A stretch of 59,615 nucleotides of DNA, counting the filler, from Bipalium vagum (lineage: Eukaryota), in the NCBI GenBank assembly GCA_037834085.1. It is 3 parts of 3 records of this genome, joined end to end, with 100 filler letters (N's around TTAATTAATTAA, not from the genome) between each part and the next. Parts side by side here need not be neighbours in the genome. Positions count along the whole stretch, not along the records: positions 17,765 to 37,974 come from JBBMKC010258012.1; positions 38,075 to 59,615 come from JBBMKC010235921.1; 1 more part is not named here. One strand, written 5' to 3'. This document shows positions 28,757 through 42,541 of this stretch, in pieces (the stretch's first letter is position 1; each line of letters opens with the position of its first letter). The notes below the pieces were generated by a model that was not told the origin of the DNA, did not search any database, and saw nothing but the letters and a program-made list of their open reading frames with translations. The position numbers were made by a program, and so were the translations under genes.

Positions 28757-29228
28757 CAGTAGAAGTGGAATTAATCGGGGCACTATTTAAATTGGTTTTT
28801 ATTATTTCTTTAAGAGGTATTTCAATATTTGTTTATATCTGTTGTTTGGCTTAAGTAATTGTATTTTAAAAAACTTATAAGTAAAATACATTTTCAAATT
28901 TTATAACTGGTAATCTTGTCTTTGAAAATGGACACTACCATAGAAAAAAGTGCTGAAATGAAAGCTTTTTTGATGCTGGGTTATCACAGAGGTATATTCA
29001 ACTCCAGTTAAAAATGCTCCTATCAATTATTGATGATTTTTGTAAGAAGTTGATTGATTGTATGTCCCGTCGAATCAAAGCTTTAATGAGTAATAAAGGT
29101 CAACTTGCTTCTTATTAACATTATTACACATCTATCTGCTTGCTTTTTGTAAATAATGTTAGTTGTAATTGTAAATGTAATAAGATGATACAAAAATTAT
29201 GGTGTCCAGATTAATCTCGTCTCTACTG
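28757..29228 (+). mobile_element. Internally deleted Tc1 element
   Basis: TA-cagtagaagtggaattaatcggggcacta ... tggtgtccagattaatctcgtctctactg-TA; C-terminal KKLIDCMSRRIKALMSNKG. Confidence 0.85.
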
Positions 29229-29270
29229 TATATTGTTTAATGATTAACTATTTAAATAATATTAGATTTA

Positions 29271-29937
29271 TTAGGTGTATGAATTAATTCTGTCAGTTTT
29301 TTAATACAAAGTTGTCTAAAAACAATTACATGTATACTAATCAATGTATTTTCCATCGTTTGGTATCATTTTCTCCCATCTGACTGACAGTTGTTGGAAT
29401 CCTTGACGAAAAAACGGTTCTTCTTTCGAAATGATCCATTTTTTGCATTTTAAGAACGATTTCACAAAAAATTTTCCTCCTCTTCATGTATCTTTTTTTC
29501 AGTTCATATGGTAACGATCTTTTCTATGAATCTTTCTCAAGAGTATCAAAGCACAGAAGTTGTTGTTCTATCATCCTTTGACAAATGCGAGAGTCCGTGT
29601 AGTGATCGACATGGATCTTGATCGATTATCACATGTAATTCATCGTCCTTGAACTTTTTGGTTGACATGGACAAATTTTGTCATGAACACTGAAATCATC
29701 CACTTTGAAACGTCTAAATCATTTTCAAGATTTATAAGTCGAAAAAAATTCACCAAAAGCTCCTGTGAATATTCGACCAGATTTCTCTTTATGTTTTTCA
29801 AATAGAAACAATTCAATTCCAAACGTTTTTTATTAAAATGTTATTAAATTATCCGCAAACCAAAATATATAAATATGAACTTTAAAAAAATCATTAATTA
29901 ATTGACATAAAAATGAACCGAATTAATTCACACCTAA
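29271..29937 (-). mobile_element. Internally deleted mariner
   Basis: TA-ttaggtgtatgaattaattc ... gaattaattcacacctaa-TA; minus-strand FFRQGFQQLSVRWEKMIPNDGKYID*. Confidence 0.85.
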
Positions 29938-30080
29938 TAAATAATAAAAAAAATTCATTTTGAACCATTTTTTTGTAAAACGATTTAAATAGAATAGAAC
30001 CATTTGTCTTTTCCAAATATATTAATTGAAGACTTCTTTTAACTGAACTTTCAACTTCAAATTTTCCCAATAATCAATTA

Positions 30081-30800
30081 CAGTATAACCTGCTTAAACA
30101 GAACAAAAATAGGACTACAAAAGTTTATTGTTTAAGCTGTATTATAATTAAATTTTATTTCAAGTTAAAATATTCCGTAATTTTTCTCTGAATCAATTTT
30201 TTCTTGAAAAGTTTATCTCTGAGATAATTCTCCACGCTTTTATTTTTGAAACATCTTGGTTTTAAATATTTTCCAATAATGATAACAGACCTCTGTTCAC
30301 CAGTAATAGTAGCACAAAGAAAAACTGTTAAATCGTTCTTTTCATATTTTACCACCACTGCATTTGTCTCCTTTAAGTCTCATAGTTTTATTATGTAACA
30401 TTTTAAAGAAAAGACAAGTCTCATCCCATTAAAGATATTTCGATTTTCATATCAAATCTTAGTTGAGACCATTGATCAATTAACCAATTTTGAACAACCA
30501 ACTGATCCACTATTTTAGATTCACCAGAGGCAATACCATATGTAATTGAATGGTGTTTTCTAAAACGTTCAATCCAAATTACGTTACAATTTAAAAGGTA
30601 AATGAAAACTAAAAAAAGTTGAATCATAAACAAAATCAAAATTATTAAAAGTTAAAAATTAAAAATCTTAAACAAAAATTTGTTCTGTTTAAACATAATC
30701 CCCTATACAGAACAAAAAATAATAGTAAATATAGAAAGACTAAAATATGGAACCGAGATTTGTTTTGTTTAAACGGGTTCTGTTTAAGCAGGTTATACAG
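30081..30800 (-). mobile_element. Internally deleted pogo/Tigger element
   Basis: 24-bp TIR cagtataacctgcttaaacagaac (1 mismatch), TA TSD; WIERFRKHH..SGES, KCSGGK and IGK..KPRCFK motifs. Confidence 0.92.
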
Positions 30801-31077
30801 TAATAACTTCTGATCATTTTATTTTTTTTAATTGAATTATGTTACTAATTGATTGTTTTTTCTCAAACCATTAAACTTCCCAGACAATTGAATCAAAATT
30901 TCAGAATATTTAATAAACAATTTTTATTTTTCATTAGCAATTGTAAAATTTTTATTTCCAAAGCTTAATTTTTGTATGTCTTCAATTTTCTGATATCTAA
31001 AAGTTACTGCTCTGAAAATCTGTTTTTTTTACTTTGGAAGATCTGAAGTAGATTTTCAAGCTTTAATAATCAGAATG

Positions 31078-31856
31078 TGTGGTGCGTCCAATAAGTAGTA
31101 AGAATCATCTAGAATGAAATAAAAAGAAAAATTGGAATTATGCATATGAATAAATATACACATTTATATTTTTTAGATTTTAGTGACAAAAATTTCAAAA
31201 TATCTTTAGAAAAACTAAAATACCCTAGTTTGATTAGGTTCTTATTTATGATGGACATGACTAGGAAGCAATTCTTTTGGACTTAGATGCTGTACATAAT
31301 GATCATTGCAGATACAAAAATTTATCGATAGTACAACAATTTTAAGGATGGTAGAGCATCGATAATTGATGAAAATAAGTCAGAAAGGCATTGTGAAATC
31401 AATTCGAAAATAAAAAAACTAGAAAAAATAGTCAAAATGAAGGAAGAATAACAACTAGAGAATTGACAAACCGTTTACATGTCAAAAAAAGCTCCGAAGA
31501 AAAAGAGATTTTCAGAACTGTATTTTTTGCATGACAATGCACAAAAGTATTTTTCAATGTCAACCATACTAACTCTGGATTGTTTCGACATCATGCAGTC
31601 TAAATTTGACCCATCTGCCTCTACTAAAACTAAACAATTTGCTTTCAGACATAACTGAGGAGCTCAGTGATGGAGTTTTTAGACAATGGATCTTCAGAGA
31701 TCTATAAATTTGTTTTCGCTGGTGGAAATATATTTATGTATATGGTAACTATATATAAAAGTAAAACCTTTGTAATTCACTTGTTATATTATATAAATAT
31801 TATAATATTTGTGCATCTCTTTCTATATGAGTTTCACTACTTATGGGCGCATCACA
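31078..31856 (+). mobile_element. Internally deleted mariner, same family as 10505-11001
   Basis: tgtggtgcgtccaataagtagt ... actacttatgggcgcatcaca TIRs; FLHDNA motif. Confidence 0.85.
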
Positions 31857-32054
31857 TATTGATAAGTATAACTCGTTTTACGTTCTCCTTTAATTTGAAT
31901 ATATAAAATTCAATATTAATAAATAATTTCTTACATCTGAAAGAGGTTCTTGGCAAATTTCTATAATGTGTATTCAATGTACGAGTATTTGATTGAGAAA
32001 ATTTTAATCTGTAGGTTTCAGAAAATCTTAGTTATTTTTTATCAGTCAGTTCTA

Positions 32055-32428
32055 CAAGGTGTTTCATAAATATGTATAAACAAATAAAAATTTATCAACG
32101 AATATGAATCATTTTTAAATATTATTGTAAATAAATCATTGGAAAATATAAATATTTTATAAATTTCTGGAAAAAACATTAAGAAGAAATCAGCCTGATT
32201 CCAGTAGATCTTTGTCAGAAAGTTTGCAGATCTTTATTGTCAAGGTTACAGAAATGTCCAAGGAATGCAAACTGAACTATTTTAATATATAGTATTACTT
32301 AAATTTGTTGATAGCCATGTCTTATTTGAATAGTTTTCGTACAAAAAACGCTTGGATTAATAAATTCGGTTGAAAATTAGTTGATTATTATTGATTTAAG
32401 TTCAGATACATATTTATGAAACACCCTG
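32055..32428 (+). mobile_element. Tc1/maT-derived MITE
   Basis: TA-caaggtgtttcataaatatgtat ... atacatatttatgaaacaccctg-TA. Confidence 0.9.
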
Positions 32429-34129
32429 TATTGATGTTTACTTGCACATTATTTCATTTACCACGATCACATTATTATAATCTTGTATTAATTTTTAAAA
32501 TTTAAATCAAAATAAAAATATTTTTAACCATTAAAAGTTAGCATTCCATTCGACTTTTTCTGTTTTATTGTAAAAGTATCTATTTGGTCTTTACTTGAAA
32601 AAATAATCTAGTCTGTTTTTGACTTCTGAATAAGTTCTGTGAAATTATTTTATAATTATCAAGAGTAAGACAATCTGTTTGAGTAAGATTAAGTTATATA
32701 AAATTTAACTTACGTCACAGTAAAACACTAATAGATTCTAGTCACTCTTTTAGTATTTGATTTTTGGTTGTCATAGCTCTATAGGATATTTTTTTGTTTA
32801 TTAGCAACGATCACCTTTCTGATAAATTTATTTTCAGCATCTTTATAGTTAACCTCAGGTATTATTTTTCTAATTTTCAACTACCAATTCATTTTTTAAT
32901 TCACCTGGACAAATCTTTCATAAAATCTTTTTTGATACCGTAATGTTTAAGTCTTGAATTTATTTTGCTGATTATAAAAGATTCCCTTCTTGTCTCCAAT
33001 AATGATTGTATTTAACAAAAGATACTTTGCGACAAGATATAGCAGTCTGAGTGTTGTTTATAAATGTTTTCTGACAGATATTGTAGAACAATTCTGGTAG
33101 ATCTTGAATTTTGTTATACTGTTTCATTTCATATCAGATAACCGTGGTAGATAAACATTTTGTTCAAATCATATTTTTATGGTTAGATTTTTATGAACAG
33201 CAGTTTATAATTTCTCTGAAGTGATTTAATTGAGCATTCTTTTAATTTTTCCTTTATATTACAGTTTAAAAATTTCATTCATCGGTGTAATTTTCTTAAG
33301 ATTTTTTAATGCTTTTTCTGTTAAAACGTCCAATATGTTTGAAAAAGGTAAATTAAAAATGCCGTTTTTCTACTCTTTTTTGGTCTATTCTAGTGATTTA
33401 CCAGAATTTGTTATTTATCTTATAACCATGCCTGCAATTATCATTGAAAAAGACTTAGAGTTTTTGTTACATGATATTTATTATTAAAAATTGATTTGTC
33501 TCCCTTATCTTTATTTTCTATCTATTAGTGTCCTTTAATTTTTCAGCTGTTTCTAGATAATTTCCAAAATATATTTTCAAATAATTTTTTAACAAATGTT
33601 TCTTATATATATAATTATTCCAATAGACCATAAGTATATTATACTTACAATATAAGAAGAAATTATCGATTGACGAAATGTGGAAACAGAAAAAAACTAG
33701 TTAGTTTGTAAAGGAGTTACAAAATTTATAACAAAAATATAGATTTTATTTATGCCATTATATTTCGCTTGATAAAGTTTAAGTAAAGTTCTTTTGATCA
33801 GGTGAAAATTGATTCTTTATTTAAAAATTTTATAAAAGATCAACAAAAATATTATCGATTTAGTCTAAAAATTATTGATTAGGTTCAATTTAACAGAGGT
33901 TTTTTATTATAGTTATTGTGTCTGTCACATAAGTAATTGTTCAGTCAATAAATCTCAAATACAATAATTATCTTTTGTTAGAAAATCGATTTGTGAATAA
34001 TACTGATTATCTTGTTTAAATTAATTATACAAGAAATCTACAATAATAATTATTATTATAAATGATAATGATAATATTGTTCATAATGATTTTTTTCATC
34101 TTTAAAAAATGAAACAACTTTTATTTCAG

Positions 34130-34298
34130 GGTGGGACAATCTAGGTGATATTGAAGGTGGATTAAAAGAATCTAGAAATAATAGCTTTGCGGACTGCTTT
34201 TATAGTGATGATGATTTCGATTTCCCAGACGATTATAAAAATGAGCCTTATCAGGATATTGGAATAAAAATGGTTCCAGATATGAATAACATATTCGA
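34130..34298 (+). CDS. Host gene exon C
   Basis: tttcag acceptor, GTAAAG donor; WDNLGDIEGGLKESRNNSFADCFYSDDDFDFPDDYK...NNIF; phase 1 to 2, matching both neighbours. Confidence 0.8.
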
Positions 34299-36845
34299 GT
34301 AAAGATTTTTAATTTCTTTATATATTATCGATTTTATATTTTAAAAATTTTTATTGTTGATTTATTATTTTTGAAATAATTTTTTTTATTAAAATATTTT
34401 GCACTCAAATTTTTTAAATATTGATTTTTATATACGATTTAAGAATGTTATTTTGTTTTATTACTAATTTTGTTTTATTTTTTGATATTTTCTGCAACTC
34501 TAAATGTAAAAATATGTGAGTTTAAAATACGAAAATGGTCAATATTTTTCAGTTATATTATCCCTCAATTGTGATTTTCTATTTCGTATTTTTCATGACC
34601 ACTGAAGAAAAAAATCTTGAAATTGTAAATTATTTTTTATATTTAAATCGAAGATGGAAATCACGTCATTTAAAACTTTTTTGTGACCTGGTTCAATGGA
34701 AAATATTTTGCGATACTTTATTTTGTTGAGTCACGAAATATTGATAATTCTTCTCCAGATTTTGACGAAATGCAACAGTTGAAAACAACACTTGTAAATT
34801 ATTATTTGCGAAATTCTGTCAGTTTTTGTCTCTGTAGCTCTTGCTGTTAAGCAATCAGTTTTTCTTATTTTGTGAAAATAGTGTACAAACAACGTTCGAT
34901 GTCTTTTATTGTTTTTTTTGTTGAATCACATAATTAAAAATTTGAACTTTTACAAAGATATCAGTTTTCTTTGATAAGATCTTGATAGAAAATCAGTCAA
35001 GGATTTATTTTTCATTATCTTATGTCGTTTTATAAAAGTTATCTTGATATTTTAAAACTTTCTCATTTTTTGAAAAAAATTATTAAATGTTTCTTCGTTG
35101 ATCAAGGATGTTTTCAAAAATGTATTCAAAATTGTTCTTATTTTTTTCGAGAATCGATACTTAGGTGCAATAAGAATATAAAAGTTATCAAAAATTCTGA
35201 ATTGAATTATAAAGGAAAATTTAAAATGCCTTTAATATTATTTTTCATTATCATAATAAAAAATCATAATAATTGAAGTGAATCTATTGTAAATTTTTCA
35301 ATGAAAATCATTGTATTTAGTAGCATTGTGTTTCAAATACGAACTAACAATGTTATAAATAATTGAGTTTTTATCAATACTATTCTAATGAAATTTTGTT
35401 TTGTATAATTTTGCTATTTTACCGTTTAAAAATTTGAAGATTTATTGTCATTTATTAAGATCTCGATTTATTACTTTTAATGTTAAGTTAAATTCGATAA
35501 TTGTTATCTCAGTGAGTCGTAATCACCAGTAATTATTATAATTATCAGCTTATTGTGAATTTTGTGTACTTTTAGTAATTCGATATGATTAAAGTTCATT
35601 TAATACATATTGAAGTTATCCTGACTTTGAAATCAATAATAATGAATTCTTCAATAAATAATAATTGATTGAAAGTTTATGATTCAGTTGATGACTACAT
35701 GAAAACTATCTTTTCAAACCAATCGTATCTGAAGTTAAGGTTATAAATATAAAAAATTTTCAAATTCTTGTACAAAAGGGTGAGATAGATTTACAAAAAT
35801 TGAAGGACAATAATAATAATAATAAATTAATGTTTCATACTACACAGTTTTCTATAATGTTGCGATGTACCATAACATTTGATGTTTTCAGCACAGATAA
35901 CGGTAAATGTCACTTTAGGTACAGTGAAAAAAATTGTTTATGATTGTAGCTTTGGTGATATCTATAATACTTGCTTTTCTAAATTAAACAAAAATTAAAT
36001 TTTTATTGTGTAGTTCAACCTTGGGTGGATCTTTTTGAAATTATATAATGCATTAAAAAATTAATAAGCCAGATTTTTTAAAAAAATATTTCTATAATTA
36101 TTTACTGCATGTTTTTCAATTAAATAATATTTAAATATGATGGAATAATTATTTATAATGTTATATGTTAAATTTAACATTCCTGAGATTTCCTTGAGTA
36201 GACCATTTTTTTTATATTTTAATGATCAACAAATTTAAATATTATTTTTCTGTATAACACACTTTTTTGTAGAGAATAATTCAGAAAATTCTAAATACTG
36301 AATATAGTTCCATTAAAAAATGGTTTTAAGTGTGTGAGGAGAAAGAAACCCGTTTGAATCAAATTTGAAATAATGTTTTAGGTGAATACGTGAAAAGAAG
36401 CTTCGTCAATTTTAATAATTTCTTAAAAGAAAGGCTCACAGTATATTTATAAGTATAAGTAAGTATTTATGAATAAGTATTAAGTAAAATTATTTTATTG
36501 TAAAAATTCAAAATTGCTGCGAGTAAAAAAATTAGAAATGATGGAAACAGAAGGATACTACAGAGTGAAAATAAAGTTCCCACATTTCCTTGAGAAACCA
36601 TTATTATATGAATAATTACCAAAACAATGCATAGCATATTACAAAATATGTTTGAATTGAGTTATTCTCCAGTTTTTACAATATCTGAGGCGTTTCTTTA
36701 AATTGGTTAGTGTATTCGTAAAGTCTGTAACAGTTATCTCATTCAAAAATATTTTACGATTTCTTGAAATTTTATTATGACATTGAATCAATTGTAATGA
36801 ATGTGACTAACTATTGATTTCTCATTTAAAAATATGATTATTTAG

Positions 36846-37422
36846 TGTGAAAGTAAACTCTGAGAACGATTCGAAGTATTCTGATCAGTCGTCGACGATA
36901 ATAATCAATACTACAACCGCTACGACATCTACAAATAATGAAACTGTGATTTCTCAATCAAATTCATCAGATTCTAAATTGATTCTTGAATGTTTAATGC
37001 ACCAGTTGCCGGTTTTTGGAAAATTCTCCAAAACTCAACAGCCTAAATCTTTACCAATAATTCCAACCAAACCTGTTTCTTTCGCTCTTCCAATAAAATT
37101 ACACAACAAATGTGGAAAATTTCGTTACAATTTCGGAGTAAACTTTTCTGAATTGTTAATTGGGACAACTGCTACGCCTTGTTCTGACAATCGTAGTTTC
37201 ACAATTCCTACTAATACCAATTGCAAACCTTCCGCAATCCCGCAAGTGGAACATCGTGATAATCTATTTAATTTGAATCAGTTTCACAATACATTAATTG
37301 GGGCCAATCATCCCAATTTCAATAATTTAGTCATACACGGACCGGTGCCGAAGCAACAACCAAATGTAAAAGAGATCCTTCATACTATTCTCAAGCAGAA
37401 GCAGGCCATTTTGCTTGCACAG
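36846..37422 (+). CDS. Host gene exon D (S/T/N/P-rich, 192 codons)
   Basis: tttag acceptor, CAG|GTTAGA donor, long open frame; phase 2 to 0. Confidence 0.85.
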
Positions 37423-37506
37423 GTTAGAATTTTCTTGCGTTATAACATTTGTATGCATATTTTGAAATTTCCGGTTATATGTTTATTGATAATACAATTA
37501 TTTTCA

Positions 37507-37548
<42 letters not shown>

Positions 37549-37573
37549 TTTAAGCTTATTTTTACATTGTCAG

Positions 37574-37700
37574 CAACAAGGTCAACCTTATTATCCATTA
37601 TCTAAATCCATCAGTCTGGTTCCGATGACTAATTCAAATCCTATGTATTCTATGCAAATGAATCCCGACAGTCATGTACTATACAAAGATATCGACAACG
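37574..37700 (+). CDS. Host gene exon E
   Basis: gtcag acceptor; QQGQPYYPLSKSISLVPMTNSNPMYSMQMNPDSHVLYKDIDN. Donor uncertain (37701, or 37676). Confidence 0.65.
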
Positions 37701-38074
37701 GTATTCAATATACACTTTTCATTGTTATAATTAACTTTTCAATTTTACAAAATTTCCACAAATCTTTTATAATAAAAATATAAATCAGTTTAGAAAATAT
37801 CTTTCATCAAAAGAACATCGGATTTTATGAAAATGTCGGTTTAAGAGAAAGCTATTTGATCTATCGATATATTAGGTTGTCTAATAAATTCGTGTCTTTT
37901 TTTTTCGATGTCGTTTTGAATGACATTAGATGCATCTATTATTAATTTAATATTTAAATAGACAGATCACGTGTNNNNNNNNNNNNNNNNNNNNNNNNNN
38001 NNNNNNNNNNNNNNNNNNTTAATTAATTAANNNNNNNNNNNNNNNNNNNNNNNNNNNNNNNNNNNNNNNNNNNN

Positions 38075-38142
<68 letters not shown>
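38075..38142. repeat. (ATT)n microsatellite after a gap
   Basis: att tandem run. Confidence 0.95.
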
Positions 38143-38143
<1 letters not shown>

Positions 38144-39799
38144 AATTATTTTGATTACTTCTATATCGAATCTTTCACTATAATCAATGAAATGGAAAAG
38201 AAATCCTTAGTATTTGACTTTGCTTACTAAGAATGATTTCAAATTTACTGATGGATTTTATTGAAATAATCTAATTTCATCATTAAGTCTGATTAATAAA
38301 ACTAAATCTCTTCAATAAATAAATTCTCCACAAATAAATATAGAATTAATTTAACGAAATTTATTTTCTTTTCATTTTCTTTATATGAATTATGCTAGCT
38401 TTTGTATCAATATGAATTATGTCCATATTTTGTTACTTTGAAATAGAAAAGAGAATTTTTGAGGTTTGGATTTTTAGCCTGGATTTTATTTAACAAAAAA
38501 ATTTCCAAACCTTTAGATGAAAAATGCATAAAATAATTATATTGATCGTCAAACAATATGTGGTCAACGCTTGAATATATCTCATTATTATTATATTATC
38601 TCTTTATATATTTATTAGTTTATTACAAGATTTATTTATAGTATATTACTTATTATATCATATTATTTATTATATAAATATTATCTATATTTCGATTGCA
38701 ACAAAAATTTCTAAGAGAATTTTTAAACTGTGCTCTTCAATCTTCTGTTCATTATGAATTTTGTAAATGTTTAACACAATGCAAAACAGGTTTATTTAAA
38801 TAAAGTTATTATAATTTAATTAAATGAAACAATAGTAATCAATTATGTACACATTTGTCTTTACGTTCTTTCTTTAACATTCCTGTTTTCATTGCATTAT
38901 CCAGTTGTATATAGTCTATATTTTATATTTCTTTGATTTGAGACATTTTTTGATCATTGACAAGAACTTTAAAATTTGATAATGATCCCGTTTGTTATAC
39001 CATTAATCATGAAAAGTTAACAATAACGAAAAAAATTATCTTCGATTTAATTTTAATTTGTTCTTTAACTAAATGTCTGTAAAATCTGTTTTTTCTTTTA
39101 TTACCGCAGATTAAAAATTTATTGATAGTTCTTTTTTTATTGATAAAAATGTTAAACATTCAGTAATAAATATGATTGAAATAAAAACAGTGTTGTTGTA
39201 ATTAATGATTATCAATTGTTGATCAATGTGAATTTTTATTGTTTTCACAAGATGATAATGCAACAATGATCTACTGATAAACAATTATAACTAATTTTGT
39301 GTAGCAGTGAGAAATCTGTTAACAAAATTAGATTAAACTAAGAATTTTTTCAATTTATGAAAAATTGAAATTTATATACAATTGGTTTTTTTATCAAGAA
39401 ATTGTGAGAATAAATTTTTTATTATTTTTGAACTGGATATGGGTTTAATTTAAATATTAAATCTTATTTTCATAGATTAGAGTTTAAAAGTGATAATCAC
39501 AGTTAATTTGATTTCACAAAAGTCACTAATATTATTGATGTAAGTTTTAATAAATATATTTAAATAAATGCTTGTCAATTTGGATTATAGAATAAGTAAG
39601 AGTTATTGGATCAAATATTTTTTAATCGGGACATTTCTTATTTAACGCTAATCTGTTATTTTCTCTCAGTTTCCTCTTTGAATATTGCACATCAGACTGG
39701 TAATCGAATGTTTTAGAAAGGTGATTATTGAATCAAACGTATTTTCATTTAATTTTATTAATAATTACTAGTTTGTTTCCATTTTCCTCTATTGAAATA

Positions 39800-40215
39800 T
39801 GTAACTTTCAACTCAAACTTCTCTAATTCCTCACTTTATTAATATCGTGTTCGTTAAATTTAAACTACTACAAAAATCTGGACTCTGTTGAATCAAAATA
39901 ACCCCAATAGAACCTTATCTCCATGTTCGCACCAAAGTGAATTAAAACAATTACAGAAAAAAAATATTATTATTAAAATTCACAATAACACAATCAAAAA
40001 TCGCATTGATCACAACAAATATGCTAGAATATTACTCAAATATCAGTAAAATCAAATATATCAATTAATCGAAAAGTCAATAAAAAAATATCAATTAATA
40101 AAACAAAAAAGAAAACTCTCTCACCCTGATCGACAATGGGTCCTCGGGTTGTCACTAGGCCCTGTTCGGTCGCCTAGAGATTCCCAAACTCGATGGATCC
40201 AATTATAAAATCCTG
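39800..40215 (-). mobile_element. LTR 3' fragment, possibly related to 18883-19834
   Basis: On the minus strand a GC-rich block, GGTGAGA, a T-rich tail and a GTTACA terminus occur in the same order as in the 19 kb LTR. Confidence 0.35.
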
Positions 40216-41316
40216 TTGCAAAACTTTCATAAGCAATAATAATATTTCATGAAATTTTCTTCGAATTGATGATTTTTCCGCATATCGATGAAAATTCTTC
40301 ATATTGCTTCCACACATATTTAATAAGTTTTAATGAGTGAAAATAAAAATAACTATTTTTTTATATTTAAAATATGTCACAAATTATCTTTGAAATATTA
40401 TGGTGATACATAAAATATTTGTTGATATTTTTCTCTTTTCGAAACTATATAATTCTGTTATATTAGAATTAAATTTTCTTCTACTCTTTAAATAAATTCT
40501 TAAAATATAAAATGCTTAAATCAAATTTTACTTAATACATTATATTTTTAATAAAATAGAATAAATCAATTTAGAACTAATTTTATAAATAATTTTATCT
40601 GTAATAAATTATTTTAAAGATTTAAATTTATCAATTGATTTTATTTTTGTAATTTAATTTTTTCGATCTTCTTTCATATTAAAATAAATAATAAAAAGTA
40701 TTTATTAATTTGAATATATCACGCAGGGTTTTGTTTTAAGTTTAAAAAAACTAAATTTTTTATTAAAAAATATCAGATTTTTTGAGTTACTTAGAATTTA
40801 AAATTAAAATGATATTTGAATTTTGACATTTGTTGATTCGATGTTGATGTGATAATAAAAGGTTTATTTAACAATCTAAGCACCAATTTGACAATTTAAA
40901 TAAAATAATAAAATATTTAAAAATATTATATAAGTGCTTTTTAACGTTTCGAATTTGAATATTATTAATGAAAATTTAATTTGAATTATTTAATTATCAG
41001 ATAACTATATATTAATAATCGAAATAGAAATATTTTCTATTTATTTAAAATTATTCTCAAAAATGTTTATTCCCATTATTTTACACTAATTGTGTGAACT
41101 ATTTGCTAATAAGATGAAAGCAATTAAATATAAAAAAATAATATTTAGAAAAACTTTGACATTTCTGTTTTTTAGAATGTTTCAATCGGTTTGTTATTAA
41201 ATTATTTAAAATAAGTTAGAATACTTTACTTTTTATTTATTGATTTTTTAAAATCTTTTCTGTAAAAACTGTGGACAAAGAAAATCTGAGTTGCATTACA
41301 TTTCTATTTTTTCAAG

Positions 41317-41357
41317 GACCACAAGTTAAACTATTCAACAATTCCAAAACCCATAAA
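41317..41357 (+). CDS. Candidate host gene micro-exon
   Basis: ttttcaag acceptor, GTAAAA donor; DHKLNYSTIPKPI; phase 0 to 2 fits the exon at 42101. Confidence 0.35.
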
Positions 41358-42100
41358 GTAAAATTAGGCAGTAGCTCTAAAAGTTGAACTTTATCACATG
41401 TAATAAATTGATAATCAATCAAATATTTCTAATTTACGAAAACAAAACTGAGAAAAAATAATTCTGGTATCTTTTAATGATGGGGAGAAAAATCTAATAG
41501 GAATATGGTGAAATTCTGTGCCGTTTTAATAAATTAAATTCCTTTCCTGATAAATCTTCAAGTTCTTGTTTGTTAGAAATTGACAGCAACAACTGCTTTT
41601 AGTATTACAATTGAATATTTCTTAACTTTGACAGCTTCACAGAAAATTTTGCTCCGTTATGAAAATATCAGAGCTGTGAAATGTTAAAGCAATATTTCTC
41701 CTTTAACTATAATATTTTATATTATTAAATAATATTTAAATTTCTTAAAATGCATATCTTTATTATGTATCCGATATCTTCTAGATAAAGTCTTTCCATT
41801 ATGTTTTCATTTTGTGTCAATAATTATTAGAAAAACTAAAGACTTAATTATTGTCGTTAATGTCTTAAGTTCATAAGGAACAAATCTTTTGATTTTTTAT
41901 TTACTCTAAATATATACAAATGTCGAAACTGAAATAGTTAATTTTTTAGTTTTTCATAGTTTGAAATCATCGCTTTTTAATTTTGTTGTTCATAAGTTTA
42001 ATCTAGAAGACGATGGGATAAATATGAGAATTTTTTCTAAATTTAAGAAATGTGATTAATGAAAATCCAGAATATTTTAACAAGAATTGTTTGTTCGCAG

Positions 42101-42269
42101 ATCAATTAATCAAAAACGAGAAGAACTGAATGAAAATCATAAAGATTTCCTTAGTGAATATCGCCGAGAACCTTATTTTACCAGATCCTCAAGACCAAGT
42201 TCTCTATACAAATCAATTGGTGATTTGTCAAATGTAACAAAATGTGATAATAAAAAAACACAATTTTCA
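42101..42269 (+). CDS. Host gene exon F
   Basis: ttcgcag acceptor, GTAAGT donor; SINQKREEL...RPSSLYKSIGDLS...TQFS; phase 2 to 0. Confidence 0.75.
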
Positions 42270-42487
42270 GTAAGTTTGCTTTTTTTATTTGATATATATA
42301 TTTTTCAAAATAATAATAAAATTTTAAATAAGTAGTCCTTCAACCAAACACCTTTTTCGAAAATTTCTAATCATTTTTTTTTAAATTGACTATTCTATTT
42401 CCATAATTAAGACTAAATTTATCAATCAAAACATTTTGATATATATTTTTCATCGGCATTTACTATAATATATTATATTATGTATTA

Positions 42488-42521
<34 letters not shown>

Positions 42522-42541
42522 TTATTATATAATATATTTTA

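Noticed and set aside
37423-37605. Hydrophobic poly-Ile 'transmembrane' tail of ORF 36847..37605
   Set aside because: Read-through past the splice donor at 37423 into an intron containing (ATA)n.
38717-38790. Possible extra host exon (EFLNCALQSSVHYEFCKCLTQCKT)
   Set aside because: Weak acceptor, and phase 1-1 does not resolve the missing link.
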